Source: a bacterium (GTDB lineage Bacteria > Bdellovibrionota_C > UBA2361 > RFPC01). Taken from it: a stretch of DNA of 64,000 nt. Below are positions 19,622-28,391 of the stretch, one piece after another. The stretch's first letter is position 1, and every line of letters begins with the position of its first letter. The notes under the pieces were generated by a model. It was given only the letters and a program-made list of their open reading frames with translations. It was not told the origin of the DNA and searched no databases. A program made the position numbers and the translations under genes. The stretch is from assembly GCA_030431715.1 (NCBI GenBank), contig JAUIIO010000007.1, positions 33,756-97,755 on the forward strand, in the 5' to 3' direction.

Positions 19622-20456
19622 TTCTAGCTATCCTTGCAACAACAGGTGCATGATCGGAGAGATCTGCAGGCCCGTGCTCATACGTAACGAAATCAAATGT
19701 ATCAGATATGAGTATCCAATCCCAGCGTCTTCGAGGGTAACGAAAGGTGTGAAGTGCTTGATCTGTCGGTTTATATGCTTTGAGGTGGAGAGATTTTGAA
19801 AGAGCGGCAACAGCAGAACGCTTCTCTTGCCAGTGCGAGTTAAAGTCTCCAAGGAGAAGAAGAGGGCGGTTTCTTTTTTTAATTTCTGCGATGAGCTGAG
19901 CTAACTGGCGTTCACGCTTTCTTCTACTTAGAAAATCAAGATGGAGTGATACGACGTCAAATGTAAAGTTGTTTGAGCCAGGCCAGAGGCACTCTGCGAG
20001 GACGAAGCCTTTTCTTGGCAGAGCATCAATTGCAGAGAAGGTTCGGGCGAAAGGTTTCTGCAGAGAGAGTGCTGAGAGTATGCCAGTACCGTAACGTAAT
20101 CGCTTAAATGACATGTGTTCACCCACAGCAGAGTGAGTCATAGCGGGGGAATGCTCCGCTAGATATGAGGCTTGCTCAAAATTACCATTCCAAAAAGAAC
20201 GAATATCAATTTCTTGTAAACAAGCAATATCAACGGATTGCTCTGTGAGAAAGTGGGCGATTCTTTTTAAGTTCCTCTTGATGATTTTCTCCTTGAGAAA
20301 TATCTGGTGTGCCGCAAGTCCTCTTCCGTGTGCGATATTGAAAGAGCAGAGTGTAAGGGACTCCGCTTCAGAGAACGAAGAAGAGAGAATAGAGCGGTAT
20401 GATTTTGTGCTGACATTACATTTTTTTGTCATAGAAGGACAGGAAGGCTTTATCAT
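19614..20456 (-). CDS. endonuclease/exonuclease/phosphatase (EEP) family protein (YbhP-like)
   Basis: DIACLQEID, LLLGDFNS and SDHAPVVARI catalytic motifs. Overlaps the cls start, as in the E. coli ybhP-clsB arrangement. Confidence 0.8.
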   Translation of the reverse strand: MIKPSCPSMTKKCNVSTKSYRSILSSSFSEAESLTLCSFNIAHGRGLAAHQIFLKEKIIKRNLKRIAHFLTEQSVDIACLQEIDIRSFWNGNFEQASYLAEHSPAMTHSAVGEHMSFKRLRYGTGILSALSLQKPFARTFSAIDALPRKGFVLAECLWPGSNNFTFDVVSLHLDFLSRRKRERQLAQLIAEIKKRNRPLLLLGDFNSHWQEKRSAVAALSKSLHLKAYKPTDQALHTFRYPRRRWDWILISDTFDFVTYEHGPADLSDHAPVVARIARND

Positions 20457-20534
20457 TATTGTGACGAGAGATGTAGCTGTATTATGTAGTATTTGAGCTC
20501 AGTATCAAGTGCCGCGCAGGTAGCGTTGAAGTAT

Positions 20535-21629
20535 TTAGGAGGTTTTGTGTAAATATGTGGAGACAAAGCGACTGAGAGCTTCGTCACGTTCTCTCACGTA
20601 GCTTGCGGATCGCTCGAAGGCCATTTTGGAGAGCTGTTCGTAACTATTAAGAGCTTGCTCTATGCCCATTTCAAGAGCCTGAATATCTTTTTGCCTAATG
20701 TCAGTAAAACTCTCCGGTCTGGGCAGGAGAATACCGCTTTGCCCGAGATTTTCTTTAATACCTCCAACATCATGGGCGATAACGGGGCGTCCCATAGCTG
20801 ATGCTTCTTGAATAACTCGTGGAAAGTTGTCCTCACAGAGAGAAGGAACCAGAACAAGACGTGATGCGTCGTAAAGGTCCGTAACGTCAGTAGAGAATTG
20901 TCCGAGCGTGATATTCTTACAGGACTGAAGGCGTGCTTTCCAGTCTCTGTAATCTGCACCAGCTCCGCTGGCGATAAGAAACTGTAAATCACTTCTCTTT
21001 TTTGCCAGCTCGTAAACCAGTCCAACTCCTTTGTGGGAGTATGGATGCATGAGGAGAATGGAATCACCGGGAGTCTTTCTAGCAGAGTGAAAGCGTTCTA
21101 TATCAATCATCTCAACAAAATGTTCGGGGGAGAAATGATGCACTCGCTCATAAGCGTTCTGAAGAAAACGTGTTGCAACAAGCACGGTATGAGGCTGGTT
21201 AAAGAAGGGGGCATGCTCAGTCAGAGGGGCGTTGTTTTCTGCCTGGAAGTAAGAATTCTCAGAAAGGAAGTGAAGTATCTTGCTCTGCTGTTCTTTGAGG
21301 GCAAGGCGTAGCTCATAGTCGCGTTCATCCAGAAACAGGATCTCCGTGTTGTGTGCAAGTTCTCGGAGCGATTCACTGTTTCGGTTTGAAATAGGAACGA
21401 TTTCAACAGGAACTCCTTTGAAATGATAGGTGAGTTCTGGTGATAGAGTGATGTTAAGATTTTCAAGGAGTTTCTTGATGCCCGGGATATGATCTTGCGG
21501 GACGGCACAGCGGAAACGTAAAGTCATATTGTGCTTTTTCTGAAGAAGTAAGGCTCTATCAAACATACTGAGGTCAGCGCCGGTATATGGTGCAATGAGC
21601 TGAGATCGAAGAAAAAAGAGCGAATTCAT
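20535..21629 (-). CDS. glycosyltransferase family 4 (GT-B fold)
   Basis: C-terminal EDNFPRVIQEASAMGRPVIAHDVGGIKENL matches the GT1/GT4 E-x7-E region. Confidence 0.8.
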   Translation of the reverse strand: MNSLFFLRSQLIAPYTGADLSMFDRALLLQKKHNMTLRFRCAVPQDHIPGIKKLLENLNITLSPELTYHFKGVPVEIVPISNRNSESLRELAHNTEILFLDERDYELRLALKEQQSKILHFLSENSYFQAENNAPLTEHAPFFNQPHTVLVATRFLQNAYERVHHFSPEHFVEMIDIERFHSARKTPGDSILLMHPYSHKGVGLVYELAKKRSDLQFLIASGAGADYRDWKARLQSCKNITLGQFSTDVTDLYDASRLVLVPSLCEDNFPRVIQEASAMGRPVIAHDVGGIKENLGQSGILLPRPESFTDIRQKDIQALEMGIEQALNSYEQLSKMAFERSASYVRERDEALSRFVSTYLHKTS

Positions 21630-21659
21630 AGTGTACGATATTTACTGCTAGGAGATCCT

Positions 21660-23471
21660 TTGATACATCGTCCGCAAGAGCTGAACAATCAAACTGGCAG
21701 CCTGATTTCAATTATAGTCCCGTATTATAATCACGAGAAATATATTGTTGAAACCTTAAAGAGTGTTGCAGGTCAGAGTGTGCTTCCACGAGAGGTTGTT
21801 CTTGTTGATGATGGGAGTGACAGGCCACTTGAATTTGAGGCTTTGCAGAAGCTTCTGCCGATTCCTCTTCTCCTTGAAAGACAGAGCAACGCAGGGCTCT
21901 CATGTGCAAGGAACCGGGCGATTGAGCTCAGCCAAGGAGCATATATCCTTCCACTGGATTCTGATGATGTGCTTGATTCAAAGGCAATTGAGACATTTCT
22001 CTCTGCTGAACTTGATTCCGATACTGTCTATTTTGGAAATTTTCAGATGTTTGGGGAGAGTTCAGAACTCATTTGTGGTGCGTTAGACTTTGATCCCAGA
22101 AAAATTCCGCATCGAAACATCATTCCCTATGCGTCACTCTACTCAAAAGCCCTGTGGGAGAGTATTGGAAAGTATGACGAAACGATGCGTGAAGGGTATG
22201 AGGATTGGGAGTTCTGGATCAGGGCGTATGTGCAAAAAAAACACTTTCAACCGATTGCCTGTACGATATTGCACTATCGGGTAAGAGCAGAATCAATGCT
22301 CGCTGGATCACGGCGTTCTCACGCGAGGCTTGTTTTAGATTTTAGAAAACGTTATCCGGAAGTGTATCCTCCGACGCGGAAGTTTCTTGAGGTTGTTACT
22401 GGTATGGATCCCGGTGGGCTGTTTGTCTGCCATAATGGAAAATTTTTCTTTCCTCTCGTATCGAAAAATAGCACTACTTTTTTAAAGTCACTTGTATATC
22501 AATTAGATTATCCGGGTGAACCTGCCCCGGAGGATCTCCATGAATTCTTCGGGCAGACTATTCCTTCTCAGCATCGTGTATCTATCGATCAGGGAGCGGT
22601 ACTTGAGCAAATGGGATATACAGGGTTTTGTGTGAAAAGTGATCCTATTGAAAGACTTTGTTCACTCTATGATAATCAGATAAATCCTCAGAATAAGGCG
22701 ATATTTGAGCATTTTTACTTCTATCATTTAGATCTTCAGGGGGCTCCACTCCCGGTGTTTCTGGCTTGGGTTCTGTACGAGACCTCGAAAGCGAATGTGC
22801 TGCATCAAGATGAGCATGTTCGTCGTCAGTGGATCTCAGAGTCAATTCTTGGAGTACATACTGAGGTTCAGATCTCAGTTCTTAATGCATTCCTCTCAGA
22901 ACTTCTTCCGGGCATATCATTACCAGAGAAACGTAATGCCTCAAAATCGATACATACAAACTTCCAGAAGAGTGAACTTGATCTTGTGGAAGCAATTTAC
23001 GAAATGGACTTTCTGCTAGGTCAGGTTATCGCTCCTCCAATATCAGACGTCGTCTTGTGCGGAGAAGAGTCTCATCTATCAGAGGATTTTCGTCGCAGGG
23101 CAAGTTACTATGGGATCAAAAACTTCTTTCTTGTCTCTCCCACATCGAATTGTTTCATGACGGAAGCGAAGAAGATCTGTCCGCATTCCGAGGGAGGCCT
23201 CCTGCTGATTAATCAAGATGTGATCTCTGTTCTTTCGTGGAAGAGGATGCTTCAAGAGATACATGAATGCAAAGATGTTGAATTGATGATGTTGTCAGAA
23301 GCACCGAACATCGCACTCTCTGTCAGAGGAGAGGTATGGAACCGATCTGAAGTAGTAGAGCTAAAAAACGCTTGGGATAATAAAGCTCTTCATGCTTTTC
23401 CGGCGTTTGTTCCCCGAGAATCCCCACTTAAGACTCTGCAACACTACTGGGAGTCGAGGGGCCTGCGTTGA
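21660..23471 (+). CDS. glycosyltransferase family 2 with a long C-terminal extension (603 aa)
   Basis: ISIIVPYYNHEKYI...VLVDDGSDRP...LPLDSDDVL (GT-A fold, DxD) in the N-terminal 250 aa. The C-terminal ~350 aa are unrecognised. Confidence 0.8.
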   Translation: MIHRPQELNNQTGSLISIIVPYYNHEKYIVETLKSVAGQSVLPREVVLVDDGSDRPLEFEALQKLLPIPLLLERQSNAGLSCARNRAIELSQGAYILPLDSDDVLDSKAIETFLSAELDSDTVYFGNFQMFGESSELICGALDFDPRKIPHRNIIPYASLYSKALWESIGKYDETMREGYEDWEFWIRAYVQKKHFQPIACTILHYRVRAESMLAGSRRSHARLVLDFRKRYPEVYPPTRKFLEVVTGMDPGGLFVCHNGKFFFPLVSKNSTTFLKSLVYQLDYPGEPAPEDLHEFFGQTIPSQHRVSIDQGAVLEQMGYTGFCVKSDPIERLCSLYDNQINPQNKAIFEHFYFYHLDLQGAPLPVFLAWVLYETSKANVLHQDEHVRRQWISESILGVHTEVQISVLNAFLSELLPGISLPEKRNASKSIHTNFQKSELDLVEAIYEMDFLLGQVIAPPISDVVLCGEESHLSEDFRRRASYYGIKNFFLVSPTSNCFMTEAKKICPHSEGGLLLINQDVISVLSWKRMLQEIHECKDVELMMLSEAPNIALSVRGEVWNRSEVVELKNAWDNKALHAFPAFVPRESPLKTLQHYWESRGLR

Positions 23472-23660
23472 CCATTCGAATGCATATTTTAGAGGTGAAA
23501 TGGCCTAATTTCTAAGAAAGTTTCGTATTTTAGTTAGAGAGATCTGAGGAAAAGGCCCTATTTCTCATACCTTTGTCGAATAAGATCGATAATTTACTTG
23601 AAGGTTTGAGTACTTCACTGGTGTGGATTCATACTTTCGATATCGAACAGGGATGTTGTT

Positions 23661-25522
23661 GTGGCAGTAACAGTAGGATCGAACATAGCCTCTCTTCGGG
23701 CACAGAGACAGCTCAATCGCAGCTCGAACTCTCTTTCAAGTGTGTTTGAACGCCTTTCTTCCGGACAACGAATTAACAGAGCATCTGATGACGCGGCAGG
23801 TCTTGCCATCTCTGAATCACTTAACGTGGATCGAAAAGTTTATACGCAGGGAATGCGCAATCTCAATGATGGGATATCTCTGCTAAACATCGCTGATTCA
23901 GCAATTGCGGAACTTTCGAGTATCGTCATACGAATACAAGAGCTAGCAGAGCAGGCGGCCAATGGCTCACTTTCTCACACCCAACGAGACTCTCTTGATA
24001 GTGAAGCGCAGCAATTAAAAGATGAGTACTTCCGTATCTCACGTTCTACTGATTTTAATAATTTAAATCTCTTTGACGGATCAATTGAACAAGGTGTTCG
24101 GATTCAAGGAGGATATGGCATAGATGGCTCAATCTCCTCTTCGCTTGGTGGAGCGATGGGGGATGGAACGCTACAGGCCACTAATACACTTTCCCGTGGT
24201 AATGGTGGAGGAGAATCAGAGCTAAGAGACATTGATGGTGATGGGGTGCTTGATCTCATCGCTACGGGCTACGCTTATAGCACAGGTACAAATGGAACCA
24301 TCACCGTTTCACTGGGTAATGGTGATGGGACGTTTGGTGCAATGGAACGTTTGGCTCGAATGTTCCCACTGGCGCAAGTGCGTCTCTTTCCATCGCTGAC
24401 CTTAACAACGACGGAAAGCTCGATGTTGCTACAAGCTACTTCGGTGATGTCTCAATCTTACTTGGAAATGGAGACGGAACCTTCGGAGCAGAGCTAACGA
24501 TAAGCACTCCAGCAACTCAAGATCTGTCACTCGCAGATCTTAATAGTGATGGTTTTGTAGATCTAACGGTAGCAGAACGAACAACAGGCAATGTGATTAC
24601 ATTTCTTGGTAATGGAGATGGCACATTTCAAAGTGGCCAAACATTCTCAGCTACCGGAGGCTCCTCTGGCCTTGCCCTTGATGACATAGATGGTGACGGT
24701 GTCATAGATATTGTAGCTGTTAGTAACGAAGTAACTACGCTTCTCGGGAATGGTGATGGCACATTTCAAAGTGCGATTACGTATGCTACTGGTACAGGAT
24801 CTCAAGAGGTAACCATCGGTGATTTGAACAATGATGGTATACTGGATATAGCCACTGCCAACTTTTCAAGTGATGATGTTAGCGTACTTCTTGGTAACGG
24901 TGACGGATCGTTTCAAAGTGCCGTGACTTACGCTGCCGGCAACGGTGCATACGACATTCTGTTTGAAGATATGAATAGTGATGGAACTCTAGATATCCTT
25001 ACCAAGAATTCACTGGATAATTCTATTACGATATTACTTGGAGGTGGTGATGGAACATTCGAAAGTGCCGTATCATATGCGGCGCCCGGTGTGCATGGCT
25101 ACTCAGTTACAAGTGGGGATGTAAATAACGATGGCGTCATTGATATTGTCGCTGGGACTGCTTACAATCATAATGTATTGCTGGGAAATACTCGTGTAGG
25201 TATTGCACCCATTTTAGATTTTTCCCTTTCTACACAGGCTGACGCCCTTCAGGCCCTTGCTCCGTTAAGCCGCAAACTTGACTCGCTTTCTGCCCAGAGA
25301 GGTGTCATTGGAGCGTTTGAGTCACGACTTGCCTCTGCATTGAACACATTGCAGGCTACTAGTGAAAATTACGCTCTGGCTGAATCTAGGATTCGAGATG
25401 CTGATATCGCATTTGAATCCTCTCAGCTCACACGACTAAATATCTTGCAACAGGCCGGAGCGGCAGTGCTCGGGCAGGCAAATCAGCAGCCTGATATTGC
25501 CCTTCAACTACTGACATCATAG
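23661..25522 (+). pseudogene. fliC: flagellin with FG-GAP/VCBS beta-propeller-like central domain, interrupted by a +2 frameshift near 24335-24355 (or sequencing error)
   Basis: GTG start. N-terminal flagellin D0/D1 region (IASLRAQRQLNRSSNSLSSVFERLSSGQRINRASDDAAGLAISE...LNIADSAIAELSSIVIRIQELAEQAANGS) in ORF 23661..24497. C-terminal flagellin domain (SRLASALNTLQATSENYALAESRIRDADIAFESSQLTRLNILQQAGAAVLGQANQQPDIALQLL) in ORF 24593..25522. About eight D(L/I)NNDGxxDI...LLGNGDGTF repeats continue across the break in the +2 frame. Confidence 0.8.
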
Positions 25523-25526
25523 TCTC

Positions 25527-26051
25527 TTATGATAGGGCTTGGAGCTGGATTCTTTCGTGTTCAGGCCGCTCGTGTGTTGTCGTATCGCTTGTCGAAAATA
25601 CAGATAAGTAATCTGTAAGTGAATGGAGTAATCCTTTATCTGTGCACCAATATTCCGCCGTAACTACCTCTACTCGTATTGCAGAGAGGTGTGGATCTTT
25701 GACGGTATCGGGTATCCATTGACTCGCTGTCTTTGTCACAACCTGCTCTAGATTTTCTTGGTCAGTAACTATCTGTGCTTTGCCTGATAGTGAAATATAA
25801 ATTCCCTTGCTCCGGTCGGAATAAGATAGGTTCACACCAGTGTTTTGTATAATCTCTGTATTTAGTGTGCTTTCAACACGGTCCGCAAACCAGATGAAGT
25901 TCGGTTCTTCAATTGCCTGTGTCATCATGGGGCGAGATCGCAATAGTCCATTATTACTTTGGGTGACAAGCATTGCTACATTAATCTCCCAGATGTCTTT
26001 CCAGAGTGTTTGAATGAAATTAGATGCGTTTACGTTTTGTGCTTTATTCAT
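25527..26051 (-). CDS. general stress protein 26 / pyridoxamine 5'-phosphate oxidase-like FMN-binding split-barrel protein
   Basis: About 170 aa with LRSRPMMTQ...PNFIWFADRVESTL...AEYW pattern typical of the COG3871 family. Confidence 0.55.
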   Translation of the reverse strand: MNKAQNVNASNFIQTLWKDIWEINVAMLVTQSNNGLLRSRPMMTQAIEEPNFIWFADRVESTLNTEIIQNTGVNLSYSDRSKGIYISLSGKAQIVTDQENLEQVVTKTASQWIPDTVKDPHLSAIRVEVVTAEYWCTDKGLLHSLTDYLSVFSTSDTTTHERPEHERIQLQALS

Positions 26052-26135
26052 GGTCGTCCTTTACGTTTCTACATATGTTAGGACGTGCGAGAGGAGCCGG
26101 ACATGATCTGGATCAGGCCTGAGGCGGCTTGTGCA

Positions 26136-27059
26136 TTAATTTTGAATTTTACTACTCTGATAGGCGGTATAGGCCTTTTGTTGTTCCTGCCAGTAGTCTT
26201 CTGTGTTTCCTAGTACTCTTGCTAGGGCTTTCGAAATATCAGGATTCAGATCTGTTTTCGCATCAAGGATACTTTGCAGTTCCTCCTCTTCGAGTTGAAG
26301 CTTCGCAGCGACATTATCAACTGTAAGATTTCGTTTTTTCATTACCCTAGCGAGAATAACTCCTGGATGTTCAGCCGCTTTGACAGCTTTCGAGCGTGAG
26401 CTTTTCTTGAGTTGGGAAGCGTCCATAGTCTTAAGCTTTGCGAGCACTTCAGTGATCAAGAGATACTCGTACTTTTCAGGAGATACCTTTTCAAGTGCCG
26501 ATCGGAGCACGGGGGATATATTTCGCATAAGTACAATCGATGGCCCTGCCCCACGTCCTTTTGTTTTGTGGAGTTGAGCAGCAGCGTCATCTATCGCCTC
26601 CAGCGCTTCCTTTAGCATCATCTGAGAAGCTATATAGTTCTTTTGCTCTTCGTTTTTCTCTGAGGTTTTGTCTGAAGTAATTGCTGTTAGAATCGTTCTC
26701 AAACTATCTACATTATAAGGCTCTTTAAGAAAATGGGTAACACCTGAGAGATAGAATTCAGAGATATACAACGACTCATCATTTTTCGCTTTAATGAGAA
26801 ATACGGTGTTCGCTGCGAGGTTTGGATAAGATTCATTGAGATACTTGAGAAACTTCAGTATGTCTTCGCGCTTACTACTTGAGCGAATGAAAACGGCATC
26901 AAGTTTTGGTTTATTTTGAAGCTTTTCTTTTGCGTCTTTAAAATTCAGTGCGTAATGTAGCTCCGACTTTAGTACGAGTTGATTCATAACCTCTTTTAAC
27001 CGAAGTCGTGTCTTGGAATCAGTTTCGATAATGAGGGATTCTAACTTACGTATAATCAT
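26136..27059 (-). CDS. regulator with N-terminal receiver-like domain and C-terminal HTH (XRE/Cro-C1 type)
   Basis: C-terminal HPGVILARVMKKRNLTVDNVAAKLQLEEEELQSILDAKTDLNPDISKALARVLG is HTH_XRE-like. N-terminal ~120 aa has a CheY-like alternating beta/alpha pattern with a conserved Asp (KLDAVFI). Confidence 0.5.
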   Translation of the reverse strand: MIIRKLESLIIETDSKTRLRLKEVMNQLVLKSELHYALNFKDAKEKLQNKPKLDAVFIRSSSKREDILKFLKYLNESYPNLAANTVFLIKAKNDESLYISEFYLSGVTHFLKEPYNVDSLRTILTAITSDKTSEKNEEQKNYIASQMMLKEALEAIDDAAAQLHKTKGRGAGPSIVLMRNISPVLRSALEKVSPEKYEYLLITEVLAKLKTMDASQLKKSSRSKAVKAAEHPGVILARVMKKRNLTVDNVAAKLQLEEEELQSILDAKTDLNPDISKALARVLGNTEDYWQEQQKAYTAYQSSKIQN

Positions 27060-27119
27060 GAAAATACATTTACTCTATCGGCAGAATGTGCAGAAAAGTG
27101 TAATTGTTGCTCGTAGAGC

Positions 27120-27575
27120 TTATTTCCCAAGAGCTTGAAGAATGCTAGTCGGATCGTATCCTCTGACAATGGTTGACCCGATCTTTGTGATTGGCACTCC
27201 ACCTCCTCCCCACTGGGTATGAAGCATCCTACCTTTCCTATCAGTTTTGATGTCGTACCTCGTATATGAGATATCGTTTTTTTCAAAGAGTCTTTCAACG
27301 GCCGTACAATATGGACACCCTTGCATTACAAGCACTACTGGTTTTTGAACGCGTGTGACCTTGCGCGGGTTATAGTTCGGATCGGGATGAGACGAAATGA
27401 GCGGTAATTGTGCCGGGGATTTTATTCTGCTTCGGTACCGCTGCGGAACCTGTTCAAGGCTGGTGACGTAGTGCTTCTGGCCGTATGAGTCAGTGTAGGT
27501 ATATACCTCGGCTGATACCGTGTTTGTAATACCAGATAGAAGCAGAAGGCAGATGAGAAAAAGTCCCTGTTGCAT
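27120..27575 (-). CDS. exported glutaredoxin-like thioredoxin-fold protein (CPYC)
   Basis: Signal peptide/anchor from the internal Met (MQQGLFLICLLLLSGITNTVSA). VVLVMQGCPYCTAVERLF...GGGGVPITKIG matches the glutaredoxin active site and GG motif. Confidence 0.65.
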   Translation of the reverse strand: MQQGLFLICLLLLSGITNTVSAEVYTYTDSYGQKHYVTSLEQVPQRYRSRIKSPAQLPLISSHPDPNYNPRKVTRVQKPVVLVMQGCPYCTAVERLFEKNDISYTRYDIKTDRKGRMLHTQWGGGGVPITKIGSTIVRGYDPTSILQALGK

Positions 27576-27779
27576 AAGAGTTAGATGTCGGAACCGTGGA
27601 AAAATAACTAAAGAATGGCAGAAAAAGTATCGAGAGGTAACCATATGGTTTTACAGCCTAAATTATTTTAGTTGATCGAAAAACCTGTTTTTTCATCTTA
27701 TTTGTACACAGGCTGAAGCAAGTAAGAGGGGATCTCAGATAGTGAGATAGGTGGTAGTGTTTTTTTAGTAAGGTTTTAC

Positions 27780-28391
27780 ATGCTCAAAGCCAGATTTCAT
27801 AAGAACTCTGATAGAGGCGCTGCCCTTGTAGAGACAGCTCTCGTTATTCCTGTGCTCGTATTGCTGCTGATTGGTGTTTACTACATCAATGCCAGAATGC
27901 ATGCTCACGGGCTCATTACAAATATTGCCCAAGAAGGATCCCGATTTCTCGCAAGGCGTGCCAGTCTTGGCGCGAATCCTCGTCGATCACAGATTTTCAT
28001 GCTGACAGATGATCCTAATACAACGGCGGATGAGACAGCTCTTGTGCCGCTTAATGTGCTTGGTAATCACGCTGCTGGTCATCAATATATGCGCAGGTTA
28101 CTAGTAGCAATGAATACTCGTGATTCAACTTTTCGAATTACACAGATACAAATTGAGACAGAGTTAATTACAGACATAAGCTCGACCTCTAACCCGAGTG
28201 GGAGTGGTTCTACAGCTGGTGAAGAGACAGATAGAATTCAGGCTATTATTCGTGCAACGATGGAGCCAGATGGTCTTTTCCCGGAAACAATGCTTGCGCC
28301 GATAGGACTCTCACCACTTACGGTCGCAGTTACTTCAAATCATCCTTATCTTTTTAGAGCTCAAAACGTAGGGGCAAATAATGGTAGCTAA
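27780..28391 (+). CDS. TadE-like pseudopilin (Flp-pilus minor pilin)
   Basis: N-terminal RGAALVETALVIPVLVLLLIGVYY is the TadE-like signature. Confidence 0.7.
   Translation: MLKARFHKNSDRGAALVETALVIPVLVLLLIGVYYINARMHAHGLITNIAQEGSRFLARRASLGANPRRSQIFMLTDDPNTTADETALVPLNVLGNHAAGHQYMRRLLVAMNTRDSTFRITQIQIETELITDISSTSNPSGSGSTAGEETDRIQAIIRATMEPDGLFPETMLAPIGLSPLTVAVTSNHPYLFRAQNVGANNGS

Noticed and set aside
23540-23600. Possible sigma-28 (FliA) promoter upstream of the flagellin (TCGATAAT-like -10 at 23584-23592)
   Set aside because: A -10-like GATCGATAA is present, but no convincing TAAA -35 at the required 11-nt spacing was found. Left uncalled.
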